From Mustelus asterias (taxonomy: Eukaryota), in assembly GCF_964213995.1 (NCBI RefSeq), contig NW_027590388.1:310001-374000 (forward strand): a stretch of 64,000 nucleotides of DNA, in the 5' to 3' direction. Shown piece by piece: positions 25,872 to 37,642 of the stretch; position 1 is the first letter of the stretch; every line of letters starts with the position of its first letter. Under the pieces are notes generated by a model that searched no databases, was not told the origin of the DNA, and saw only the letters and a program-made list of their open reading frames with translations. Position numbers and translations under genes: made by a program.

Positions 25872-26587
25872 ATAAAGACAGGCATACGTGAAACTGTAAC
25901 TGAACTAGAGGAAATAGCGCACATTGCACACCATCTTTTTAACATCGTTGTTCAGAGTAAAGAATTAGGGAAAGCCTCTCAGACAGATGAGGAAATCGAG
26001 AATCAGTGTGGATCTGCTGGACTTCCTGCAGATGAACGAGATTTAGGCGCCAGAATGTTTCACTCGCAGAGTAAAGAGGGATCAAGTATAACTAACAGAT
26101 AATTCTTAAATCTCTTCCCTTTAAAGATATCTGATTTTGTTTAAAAGCTGACTGTCTCAAATAAGCACCATGGGATGTGTATTACCCAGTGACTCGATTT
26201 CTTTTGTTGGTCAGTCATGCTTGCAATTCAATGTTGTATATTTCAGAGATATTCAGTTCAAAATGAGGTGATATGTAATTAATAAAAATATATTAATATT
26301 AAACGTTGAAAAGCAAACAAGCACTGGGTGGAGCTGGTTAAAATTATTCGAAGGAAGATGAGAATGATGCATTAATGATTGAGCAGAAATCATTGCTCCT
26401 TAGATGTTTGCTGGACGACCACTTTTAAATGTTGAAGTTGAAGATAAGTTGAGAAATCAAGTTGAAAGAAATGTTTTTTGTCTTGTATTAATTGACATGG
26501 GCTCTCAGTGTAACCATTAGAACCTGCAGCAACACAGTGGGGGTGAACATTGCGGTCAGGCCAATTGGTGGCGCTATGTTGTCAGTT

Positions 26588-26660
26588 GTTCCTGTAGTGT
26601 AGTGGTTATCACGTTCGCCTAACACGCGAAAGGTCCCCGGTTCGAAACCGGGCAGAAACA
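26588..26660 (+). tRNA. tRNA-Val(AAC)
   Basis: 73 nt, nearly identical to vertebrate tRNA-Val-AAC; intact A/B boxes; one C.A mismatch in the acceptor stem; no clean T4 terminator. Confidence 0.9.
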
Positions 26661-27418
26661 TTAATTTACTCATTCATTGTGAGAGTAGTTTTGCATGGTT
26701 TCAGTTTTTGCTGCACCTCTTCCGAATCTCGATGTTGCAGCCATATTATCTTTGCTCTAAACTCGGCCACAAATGCTCTCAGCAAAATCAGAAATGCTGT
26801 AGTTTAAGACGCAATGAGGAAATAAATGTGTGTATTTGGACACCGTGCGCATATCAGCAACTTGTTCAAACCACAAGAGAATTTAATGGTTTTATAAATG
26901 CAGACTAACATAGTTAATCACCATCTGAAACATGTCAAATAGTATTGTGTGCTCATAAAGACAGACACAAGTGAAACTGTAAATGAACTAGAGGAAATGG
27001 CAGACATTGTCCAGAAGCATCTTTTTGAAATTGTTCTTCATAATAAAGAAATAGGAAAAAGCACTCAGGCAGATGAAGAAATCGAGACTCAGTGTAGATC
27101 TGCTGGACTTTCCTATAGATGAACGGGATTTAAGCACCAGAATATTTCACACGCAGAATAAAGAGGGATCAAGTATAACTGACAGATCATTCTTAAATCT
27201 CTTCCCTTTAAAGATATCTGATTTTGTTTAAAAGCTGACTGTCTCAAATAAGCACCATGGGATGTGTATTACCCAGTGACTCAATTTCTTTTATTGGTCA
27301 GTCATGTTTGCAATTCAATGTTTCATATTCCCGAGATATTCAATTCAGAATGAAGACGTATGTATTAAATACATGTATTAATATTTAATATCGAATAACG
27401 AAACAAATATTGAGTAAC

Positions 27419-28450
27419 CAGCCAACGATTCAAGTCTGGATGACCCTTCATCAGAGCTAAGAGCAAAGAAAAGCAGAAAAGATTTAAATTATGGGTGGAA
27501 GGGTGGAAGGGGGGTGCTGTAATTGGACAAAGGGAATGCAAATGAGGATAAAGATGGCTGAGAGAGATGCTAAAAATGTCCATTAAGCGATCAGAATAGC
27601 AGAGCAGAGGTAAAGGTGGTTAAGGCAGTTGCCCTGAAAGAGGAGTGGGGGGCGGGGGGGGGGGGGGGGGGAGGAGGGGGGGGCGGGGGGCGTTGGTGGG
27701 GGGTGGGGGGAGAGGCAAGAAGGAGAGCAGGAATGAAGAAATGGAAATGAGAAAGAAGTATGATAAAAATGGGTAAATGAGATGAAGAGAAGAAACAGAA
27801 TGAAATAAAATAAATGGAAAGGGGATAAAGGTGGCGGGGAGAGTTCATGCTCTGAAGTTGTTGAACTCAATGTTTATTCCAGAAGGCTGTAAAGTGTCCA
27901 ATTGGAAGATGAGGCACTGTTCCTCCAGTTTGCGTTGGGGTTCATTCAAACATTGCAAAAGGCCAAGGACGGACATGTGGACAGGAGAGCAGGGTGGGGT
28001 GTTGAAGTGACAAGAACTGGAAGTTCTGGGTCCTGCTTGCAGACGGACTGAAGGTGTTCAGCAAAGCGATCACCCAGTTTGTGTTTGGTCTCTCCAATGT
28101 AGGAGAGTAGACTTCATGGGGAGGAGCGAATGCAATAGACTAGACTGAAGGAGATGCATGTGAATCGCTGCTTCACCTGAAAGGGGTGTTCAGGACTTGG
28201 GATGGTGAGCAGGGAGCAGGTAAAGGGACAGGTGTTGCACCTTCCACCATTGCATGGGAAGATGCTGTGGGCAGGGGATGGGATGTTGGGTGGGATGGAG
28301 GCGTGGACCAGGCTGTCCCAGAGAGAACCTTCCTTGTGAAATGCTGTTGGGTGTGAGTGGTGAGGTGAAGATGTGTTGAGGAGTGGCTTCATGCTGGAAT
28401 TGGCAGCAATGGCGGAGGATGATACTTTGAACACGGAGGCTGGTCTCTGA
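27419..28450 (-). mobile_element. Penelope-like element 3' part (GIY-YIG region plus pLTR), degenerate
   Basis: FPCNGGRCNTCPF...FQVKQRFTC...LVYCIR motif; pLTR with hammerhead-like core at 27419-27458; G-rich tract 27645-27715. Confidence 0.75.
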
Positions 28451-29060
28451 TCTGGTAAAAAGCATGAACAAGGGGAGCCCTGTCCTCTTTCTAGGAGGGA
28501 TTATGTGAATGCCAAATCTTTCCTGATTTGTATTATTCTTATTGTGATGTAACCTATAGATTGTAGGACTCCTGTGAAACTGAATGCGAGTTGTTTTCTG
28601 CACAGATAGCTTTGAAATTTGCTGTTGAGTGCAATGAGGTTGGGTTCAACGCCTGCAATGTTCTGCGAACGCTCCACAATTTAAAAATAAGTCTTTAATT
28701 CCAAACTGCGGTCGCAAACAATGGGTATATTCCCATTACCATGACATTAATTGTATCGCAGCTTGATGTATTTCCATTCACTGGCTTCCAGCGCACCACC
28801 GACTGGTGGAGCAAGACCACAAAGTGGCATGATTGTCTTTTGGAAGAATGAGTCGAGTACGGTTCTGTGCTGGATCTGCCTGACAGATTGGATTCTGCAG
28901 TTGTTTTCTCCACTGCTGCTGGAAACAGTTAGGTGGTGGTTTCATCTGAGGTTAACTTGGTTTCCTCTGTGTGTGTGTGTTTGAGAAGCTGACAGCTCAG
29001 TTAACATCTTGCCATTAGGCAATCCTCAATCGTCTCGGGCTCATTCCTCCAGTGTAAGCA

Positions 29061-29099
29061 GGTTTTTGCACGAAAGTGGACCTTCTTTCTATCACTGTG
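29061..29099 (-). promoter_or_regulatory. 23-RSS of V segment B
   Basis: CACAGTG-ATAGAAAGAAGGTCCACTTTCGT (23 nt)-GCAAAAACC. Confidence 0.95.
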
Positions 29100-29406
29100 C
29101 GTCTGAACGCGCAGTAATAAACGGCAGCATCAGTCTGGCTCAGGTCCAATATATTTAAACTCATGAATTTGTTCGAGGCCTGTAGATCCACATAGAACCG
29201 ACTTTTAAAAACATCTGCGTTATCTTCATAACCATCAGGATCTTTCCGCAGAATAAAGACGGGCTGCGTGTCCGGAAGTTGTCGGTACCAGTACAGCCTA
29301 TAGTCGCTCTCTGTGGTTTGATAGTCACAGGTCAAGGTCACGATCTCGCCTTCTCTCTTAACATCTGATGAGAGCGACTGGGTGACAGAATCTCCATGAC
29401 TCAGGT
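29100..29406 (-). CDS. TCR alpha/delta-type V segment B, intact V exon
   Basis: TTTTCAG acceptor; DSVTQ...TLTCDY...LYWYRQ...SRF...DAAVYYCAFR with both canonical Cys and Trp and no stops, followed by a 23-RSS. Confidence 0.92.
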
Positions 29407-29516
29407 CTGAAAATAACAAAACAGAAAATGTTCAGACGGGCGAATCATGAAAGAGACGGTCTGGAACCAAGCTGGGAAATGTGAGAAACGGTGCAATGTA
29501 TTTTTCACATAATTAC

Positions 29517-29561
29517 TGTTAGGAATGGTCCCCACATTACCCACACACCGACCAGCCACAT
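29517..29561 (-). other. Putative leader exon of V segment B (phase-incompatible as read)
   Basis: MWLVGVWVMWGPFLT then GTAATT: 45 nt (phase 0), whereas the V exon needs phase 1. Confidence 0.55.
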
Positions 29562-29759
29562 TGTCGCTGTGCGCTCTGTAGAAGGGGAGCTGGGTGTTTG
29601 ATTTCATCAAGTCTAATGTTTGCCCTCAATAATCAGCTTCCTGTTTCCGGATGTTCTCAGCTCCCTCCCTTCTGTCCCCAGTAATGCTGTGTGACACCCA
29701 AGGTGGTGAGATAGCAGACAGTAAAAAAAACGCACCGTGAGCTGGATGACAATCACTAT

Positions 29760-30397
29760 TTGTTAAGAAGGCATATGGTGTCTTGGCGTTTATTGGTAGG
29801 GGGATTGAATTTAGGAGTCGTAGCGTTATGTTGCAACTGTACACAACTCTGGTGCGGCCGCACTTGGAGTACTGTGTGCAGTTCTGGTCCCCACATTACA
29901 GGAAGGATGTGGAGGCTTTGGAGAGGGTGCAGAGGAGGTTTACCAGGATGTTGCCTGGTATGGAGGGGAGATCCTATGAGGAGAGGCTGAGGGATTTGGG
30001 ATTGTTTTCGCTGGAAAGGCGGCGGCTAAGAGGGGATCTTATTGAAACATATAAGATGATTAGAGGTTTAGATAGGGTGGATAGTGATAGCCTTTTTCCT
30101 CTGATGGAGAAATCCAGCACGAGGGGGCATGGCTTTAAATTGAGGGGGGGTAGTTATAGAACCGATGTCAGGGGTAGGTTCTTTACCCAGAGGGTGGTGA
30201 GGGATTGGAATGCCCTGCCAGCATCAGTAGTAAATGCGCCTAGTTTGGGGGCGTTTAAGAGATCCGTAGATAGGTTCATGGACGAAAAGAAATTGGTTTA
30301 GGTTGGAGGGTCACAGTTTTTTTTTTAACTGGTCGGTGCAACATCGTGGGCCGAAGGGCCTGTTCTGCGCTGTAATGTTCGATGTTCTATGTTCTAT
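29760..30397 (+). mobile_element. CR1/HER1 LINE 3' end
   Basis: RPHLEYCVQFWSP...GLFSLERRRLRGDL; (TGTTCTA)n tail. Confidence 0.92.
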
Positions 30398-30935
30398 CCT
30401 TACAGAGAGAACTTGCAGATTTAACGATTGACTTGGGGAAGAATGTAGAAAAATGGGGTGTAGGAATATGGGAACAGCAGTAGGCCATTCTGCCCTTCGA
30501 TTCTGTTTCGTCATTCAGTTAGATCAGGACTGATAAGCCTGAACACCACTTTCTGGCGCTATCTGCATCGCCCTTGATGAGATTTTGCTCCTTAAAGCTA
30601 TTGATTGAACATACTCAACAATTGACATTCCACAAAGCCCGTTAATTTTCTTATTTTCTGTGACCCGGAAGCTAAGGAAGGCTAAATAGCTCTGCCATTT
30701 TATTTTTTAAACGTCCATTAGCCTTATTATAAGGACAGTTTCAATCGTGAATCCAGTGAAAGTTTGTTCTGTGTGCGGGACATGGGTGCCACTGGTTGGC
30801 CAGCATTTATTGTCCATCACTAGTTGAGAATCAACCACATTGCAGTGGCTCTGGTGTCACATGTAGGCCAGACCAGGTAAGGAATGCAGTTTTTCTTCCC
30901 GAAATTACATTAGTGAACCAGATTCTTAATTGTAC

Positions 30936-32720
30936 ATAGAACATAGAACATTACAGCGCAGTACAGGCCCTTTGGTCCTCGATGTTGCGCCGACCAGTGA
31001 AACCAATCTAAAGCCCATCTAACCTACACTATTCCAATATCATCCATATGTTTATCCAATGACCATTTAAATGCCCTTAATGTTGGCGAGTCCCCTACTG
31101 CTGCAGGCAGGGCACTCCACGCCCTTACTACTCTCTGAGTGAAGAACCTACCTCTGACATCAGTCCTAAATCTATCACCCCTCAATTTAAAGCTATGTCC
31201 CCGCGTGCTAGCCAACACCATCCGAGGAAAAAGGCTCTCACTATCCACCCTATCTAATCCTCTGATCATCTTGTATGCCTCTTAACCGTCTTCTCTCTAA
31301 TGAAAACAACCTCAAGTCCCTCAGCCTTTCCTCATAAGACCTTTCCACCATACCAGGCAACATCCGAGTAAATCTCCTCTGCACCCTTTCCAATGCTTCC
31401 ACATCCTTCCTATAATGCGGCGACCAGAACTGCATGCAATACTCCAAGTGTGGCCGCACCAGAGTTTTATACGGCTGCAACATGACCTCCTGGCTCCGAA
31501 ACTCAATCCCTCTACCAATAAAAGCTAACACTCCGTACGCCTTCTTAACAACACTATCAACCTGGGTGCCAACTTTCAGGGATCTATGCACATGGATACC
31601 GAGATCTCTCTGTTCATCCACACTACCAAGTATCTTACCATTAGCCCAGTACTCTGTAATCCTGTTACTCCTTCCAAAGTGAATCACCTCACACTTTTCC
31701 GCATTGAACTCAATTTGCCACCTCTCAGCCCAGCACTGCAGCTTATCTATGTCCCTCTGTAACCTGCAACAACTTTCCGCACTGTCCACAACTCCACCGA
31801 CTTTAGTGTCATCCGCAAATTTACTAACCCATCCTTCCAAGCCTTCATCCAAGTCATTAATAAAAATGACAAACAGCAGTGGCCCCAAAACAAATCCTTG
31901 CGGTACACCACTAGTAACTGAACTCCAAGGTGAACATTTCCTATCAACCACCACCCTCTGTCTTCTTACAGCGAGCCAATTCCTGATCCTAACCGCTAAA
32001 TCACCCTCAATCCCATGCCTCCGTATCTTCTGCAATAGCTTACCGTGAGGAACCTTACCAAACGCTTTACTGAAATCCATATACGCCACATCAACTGCTT
32101 TACCCGTATCCACCTCTTTGGTCACCTTCTCAAAGAACTCAATAAGGTTTGTGAGGCACGACCTACCCTTCAGAAAACCGTGTTGACTATCTCTAATCAA
32201 ATTATTCCTTTCTAGATGATTATAAATCCTATCTCTTACAATCCTTTCCAAAACTTTGCCCACAACAGAAGTAAGGCTCACTGGTCTATAATTACCAAGG
32301 TTGTCTCTACTCCCCTTCTTGTACAAGCGGACAACGTTTGCTATCCTCCATTCTTCTGGCACTATTCCTGTAGACAATGACGACATAAAGATCAAAACCA
32401 AAGACTCTGCAATCTCCTCCCGAGCCTCCCAGAGAATCCTGGGATAAATCCCATCCGGCCCAGGGGACTTATCTATTTTCACACTTTCCAGAATTCCTAA
32501 CACCTCCTCCTTATGAACCTCAATCCCGTCTAGTCCAATAGCCTGTATCTCAGTATTCTCCTTGACAACACTGTCTTTTTCCTGCGTGAATACTGACGAA
32601 GAATATTAAGTTAGCGCCTTTCCTATCTCTTCAGGCTCCACGCACAACTTCCTACTACTTGTCCTTGACTGGCCCTAATCTTACCCTAGTCATTCTTTTA
32701 TTCCTGAAATACCTATAGAA
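30936..32720 (-). mobile_element. CR1/HER1 LINE RT region
   Basis: 417-aa RT ORF 31250-32503; tail at ~30936-30950. Confidence 0.92.
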
Positions 32721-32938
32721 ATTGTAGATTTATTTTTACTGAATTGGGTCTTCGCACTCTAGCTGAGCTTTTGGATTAATCGTCGAGCGATAATATCACC
32801 AGGACATCGTCTCCCCTGTAGTGAATATCAGCAAAACTGAAAATGTATGGAGGCACTACAGAGTGAATCATGCTGCATTTAAAGAAGTTCAATGTTATTA
32901 CCATTCTCTGCTCCGTTCACCCTGTGACTTTGAGGCAG

Positions 32939-33240
32939 TGTTTTGGTGCGGGGCTCCCTCTGGTTTCTGTCTCTGAGTCTGTCAGTCCGCAGTAATACAC
33001 CGCGTGGCCAGACAATCGCAGCTCACGGATGGGGAAATTCCCATTGTTTTTCGACCGGTCAATAGATGCAGAAAATCAGGCTCCCATGTCCTCTGCAATG
33101 GAAATGTCTCCATAATTAGAATGTAGTTCAAGAAAATGGGAGCTTTCTCTCGGTCCTTGCGGGACAATTGAATGTAATATGCACCAACTGCTCAGCAGTT
33201 GAACTTAATGGTCACCGAGTCTCCTTCAAACGTCAAGCTG
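32939..33240 (-). pseudogene. Highly decayed TCR alpha/delta-type V segment C with relic 23-RSS
   Basis: EGDSVTI...KAPIFL / ...*FSASIDRSKNNGNFPIRELRLSGHAVYYCGLT with stops and a frameshift; CTCAGAG-23 nt-ACCAAAACA at 32977-32939. Confidence 0.8.
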
Positions 33241-33517
33241 AATTGTGGATTGTGGTCGGTGTATACTCCATGGGCCGAATGGCCTCCTTTTACACTGTAT
33301 AGTTTCTATGATTCGGTGAAGTTTTGGGAACCGGAGTTCGAATTCTAACACGACAGATTAACTCAATTCAAGGGCAATTAGGGATGCCTGTAAATGAGTA
33401 AAGAAAATACTATCTATGCAACTTTTCCTCACTTAAACGAATAGGTTTTGAGAAAGTTTGCACCCGATTTTGAAAGGTCGGGCCAATATGTAAACATTGC
33501 TATATCTTGCAGTGTGT

Positions 33518-33590
33518 GGGTCAGTGGCGCAATGAATAACACGTTTAGCTACGGATTAGAAGTGTCCAGATTCGACTCCTGGCTGACACA
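33518..33590 (+). pseudogene. tRNA-Arg(ACG) pseudogene
   Basis: GGGTCAGTGGCGCAATGAATAACACGTTTAGCTACGGATTAGAAGTGTCCAGATTCGACTCCTGGCTG aligns to vertebrate Arg-ACG with multiple substitutions. Confidence 0.75.
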
Positions 33591-33989
33591 TGGGCACTTT
33601 TCAACAATAGTTCATTAACTCCACGTTAGTTTCAATGAACAAAACGTGTTTTCAGTAACTTTAAACAAATGTTGACCAAATACAGTCAGCTTCTATGAAG
33701 AAATTTTTCCTGGGTGATTGTTTTTTTAAAGTTGACTATTTTAAGAAAAGTTCCACTCAAAAACTTTCATCAATTACTTTTAAACTAGTTTCTTTAAATG
33801 ACGAATTCCCCTTAAATTGTGGTTGGTGCTGACTTGGTAGGCCGAATGGCCTCCTTCTACACTGCACGGGTTCTCTGGATTCTCTGGATTCATCGCAGTA
33901 ACCGGCTCGTGGGACCGCGTCTGCAGCAGTGAAATCTGCAGAAATATAGAAATATCGAACGTTAAGTTGATATTGTAACTAATAGCGTC

Positions 33990-34572
33990 AGGGAACGGAT
34001 CACATTGTAAACCTCGATCAGGTCACCCTTCAACCTCCTTATCTTGTCAAAGGCTTCACTGAAGTCCATGTATATAACATCCACTGCCTTTCCCTCTTCT
34101 ACCATCTTAGTCAGTTCCTCGAAAATCGCGATGAAGTTAGTGAGGCATGACCGCCCCTTCACAAAACCACGCTGTCTATCACTAATAAGTCCATTTGTTT
34201 CCAAATGTGATAAACCCTGTCCCTCAGAATATTTTCTAATAATTTCCTGGATTATCCCTGCTGCCCTTCTTACAAGGGCTGCTGCCATTCTGGAACTATC
34301 CTTCAGTCCTCTGGAACTTCACCTGTAGCCAGTGAGGATACAAAGATTACTGTCAAGGCCCCAGCAAATTCCGCCCTTGCCTCCCTCAGTTTTCTGCGAT
34401 AGATCCCATCAAGCCCTGGGGGCTTACCTACTTTAATGTTTTTTTAAGACGCCCAACACCTCCTCCTTTTCGATATCGAGATGACCCTGAATATCTACTC
34501 ATCCAACCCTTGGCTCCTCATCTATCAAGTCCCTCTCTTTTGATGAATACTGAGGCAAAGTATTCATTTAGT
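33990..34572 (-). mobile_element. CR1 LINE fragments
   Basis: GFVKGRSCLTN...[13 protein letters not shown] with internal deletions. Confidence 0.8.
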
Positions 34573-34579
34573 ATTTGGG

Positions 34580-35225
34580 AGAAAGAGTCGAGAGCTTCAA
34601 GTTTTTAGGTGCCCAGATCACCAACAATCTGTCCTGGTCCCCCCACGCCGACACTATGGTTAAGAAAGCCCATTAACGCCTCTACTTTCTCAGAAGACGA
34701 AGGAAATTTGGCATGTCAGCTACTACTCTCACCAACCTTTACAGTTGGGCCATAGAAAGCATTCTTTCTCGTTGGATTACAGCTTGGTATGGCTCCTGCT
34801 CTGCCCAAAGCCGCAAGGAACTAGAAAAGGTCGTGAATGTAGTCCAATCCATCACGCAAACCAGCCTCCCATCCATTGAATCTGTCTACTCTTCCTGCTG
34901 CCTCGGCAAAGCAATCAGCATAATTAAGGATCCCACACACCGCGGACATTCTCTCTTCCACCTTCTTCTTTCGGAAGAAAGATACAAAAGTCTGAGTTCA
35001 CGTACCAACCGACTCAAAAACAGCTTCTTCCCTGCTGCTGTCAGACTTTTGAATGGACTTACCTTGCATTAAGTTGATCTTTCTCTACACTCCAGCTATG
35101 ACTATAATCGTACATTCTGCACTCTCTCGTTTCCTTCTCTATGAATGGTATGTCTTGTCTGTATTGCGCGCAAGAAACAATACTTTCACTGTATGTTAAT
35201 ACATGTGACAATAATAAATCAAATT
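34580..35225 (+). mobile_element. Rex1/Babar-type LINE 3' portion
   Basis: IESIL...ITAWYG...IIKDPTH...NRLKNSFFP. Confidence 0.8.
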
Positions 35226-35252
35226 ACAACATCTGACTTGGAGACAACGAAA

Positions 35253-35342
35253 GGGCTCGTCCACGATTTGAACCCGGGACCCCTTGCATGCTCATCAACT
35301 GAAATTCCCTAAGCGCGAATCAGACCCCTGCACCAACGAAAC
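35253..35342 (-). pseudogene. tRNA-Pro(AGG) gene/pseudogene with an 18-nt insertion at the canonical intron position
   Basis: GTTTCGTTGGTGCAGGGGTCTGATTCGCGCTTAGGG[AATTTCAGTTGATGAGCA]TGCAAGGGGTCCCGGGTTCAAATCGTGGACGAGCCC; 90 = 72 + 18 nt. Confidence 0.75.
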
Positions 35343-35500
35343 TGATGTGGAGATGCCGGCGTTGGACTGGGGAAAGCACAGTAAGAAGTCTCACAACACC
35401 AGGTTAAAGTCCAACAGGTTTATTTGGTAGCAAATACCATAAGCTTTCGGAGCACAGCTCCTTCGTCAGATGGAGTGGATATCTGTTCTCCAACAGTGCA
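35343..35500 (-). mobile_element. Penelope pLTR fragment with hammerhead motif
   Basis: TGATGTGGAGATGCCGGCG... terminus as at 40318; hammerhead core at 35437-35473. Confidence 0.8.
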
Positions 35501-36075
35501 CAGAAACTGCACATAAGCAAGCATTAAAATATAACTCATTTATCTTTCTCCAAAGCAGTTCTGACACCTCCAGTGAAAGACGAAATTGTTGAAAAAACTC
35601 ACCGCATCAGCATTTGTGGACTTAAAGCTCCAGCGAAATATCCGCCCAATATTGTTATCTCGACTGTCTGCAGCTGGGGGCTTTTGTTTATAAAGTACAC
35701 ATGTTACAGTCAATATTTTAACCCAGCGACTTCAACATGTGACAACTCTGAGGCAGCCTTTGATATTTGATCACTTTTGAAAGGTGTGGTCTGTCACAGT
35801 TAACTGATCTGGAACATTTAAAATACAGATTGATGGCCTTGTTCTCTTGGGAGATCTGCGGGTTTGTGTCAATGGGGTCGGGAAACGATTGGATTTGATC
35901 TGATATTAATATGAGTAAAAATATGTCAAATTTCTCAACATTGACAATGATTAACCTCAGTGAGGGAAAACACTCAGACGGGGCCTAATTGTCACGTTCA
36001 CTATGAGTAATTATTCTCTGAAGTTTAACCCCATGTGTTGTCCTGATAATGAATAATTGATTATCGACCTGTGCC

Positions 36076-36579
36076 AGATTTTGAATGAGGCCCGCGGGAG
36101 CCTCATTCACTGTGGCTCTCAGTGCACAGTAATACTCGGCGCTGTCTGTCACCTTCTAATCTTTCATGGACAAGTGAAAAGTGCTTTGTTTCAGGTTGAG
36201 ATTCCCGCTGAAGTGTTCAAAGCCTGGAGCCGTATCGGTAAATGAGCGGCTCTGAGCAGTTAATGAGGAGTTCGGTGTGTGTACTGGCGATACCAGAACA
36301 GGTAATGTTGTATAGCTGTACTCGGTACCGAGTAACTGCAGGGTATTGCTGAATCTTCACCCTCTGCTGCTTCAACTCCTGGTTCTGACTGGGACACTGA
36401 GTCACCGTCACTCATGTCTGAAAATAGACGACAGACCCGCAGCGGGTTAGAAGGAGTAACAACAACGGAATAATCACCTCGAGATAGAAATGGGGAATGA
36501 ATATGGTGACTGGCGGATTTCACGCAGAAGTTCAAAATGACAGACCTGTAATCAGAGTAAGAAAGAGTTTCGCCCCCAT
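36076..36579 (-). pseudogene. TCR alpha/delta-type V segment D (paralogue of A): leader 36579-36546, V exon 36417-36115, 23-RSS 36114-36076
   Basis: Leader MGAKLFLTLIT+G|GT; DSVSQSEPGVEAAEGEDSAIPCSY...WYRQ; TAA plus a net 7-nt deletion near CDR2; heptamer CACAGTG, nonamer decayed (TCAAAATCT). Confidence 0.9.
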
Positions 36580-37642
36580 GGTTCGAGTCTGAACACCAGA
36601 AACAGAGAGTCATCACTGCCTGCATCAGATCTGCAATTAGAGAAGTTGAAACAGTCAGTGGGATGTTATGAGGTCGAAGGTGACTCCCTCTCTCCGCCCA
36701 TTTTTACATCTTCAAACAGGCGCTTACTTCCATTAGAAGGGGATCGTGATATTTCATAAGTGATCAGAGAGCGCCCTCCCGTGGACAGCACGGCCGCATA
36801 TTGGAAACAGGTCCACACACGGCCACCTGCAAAGACTGATACCTATCTAGGTAATAGAATCATAGAACCCCTACAGTACAGAAGGAGGCCATTCGGCCCA
36901 CAGAGTCTGTACCGATCACAAGCCCACCCAGGCCCTATTCCCATAACCTCATACATTTACCCCGCTAATCCCCTGACACTAGGGTCAATTTAGCATGGCC
37001 AATCAAACTAACCTGCACATCTTTGGACCGTGGGAGGAAACCGAAGCACCCGAGGAAACCCATGCGGACACGGGGAGAGCAGATACACACACGGCCACAT
37101 GCAAAGACCAGCATGTATAAGGATATACAACCATATAGATATATGCTCAGACAGTGACATCAATTCTAACGTCCCTCGTTATAAATCCAGAATTATTCTG
37201 TAGATTTCTGACACATTAGTCTGAGTTGCTAACTATGGAAATACATGAATAACTCCAACTCCGTGTTCACTAGAAGCCTCGTGAACCGCACAGAATCAAC
37301 AAAAGCATAGACACAGGGACAAGTAAACACAGTGATCGATTCTCAAACTGATCGGCTCAAACATAGACACACAGACAATCACTAAGGAAGATAAACAAAC
37401 AGATTAACGCAGCCACTGACACACTCAAGAGAAGTGCACTCACTGACAATCCCAAAAGCGTCCTAGCTCCAGAGTAACTTTCTGAACTGGAATTCCCGAG
37501 GGTCGTGTCGGTGCGGCAATATCGTGTTAGATATTCATTGCGATGGAACTGTCCATTTTAGCAACAGGAACAGCCAGAAATCTGTTTCTCATCAATGGTG
37601 GACACTTTTGGAGAATAAGCAATAATGGATGTATTTATTTTT

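Larger units (their letters stand above)
20124..26460. repeat. Segmental duplication copy A (V segment plus tRNA-Val cassette)
   Basis: Collinear with 35706-45975 once copy-specific TE insertions are removed. Confidence 0.9.

Noticed and set aside
20535-36417. Assignment of V segments to IgH, IgNAR or NAR-TCR
   Set aside because: Motifs (DSVxQ, WYRQ, YYCAxR) fit TCR alpha/delta; no clustered D-J segments and no CDR1 Cys typical of NAR-TCR-supporting V.
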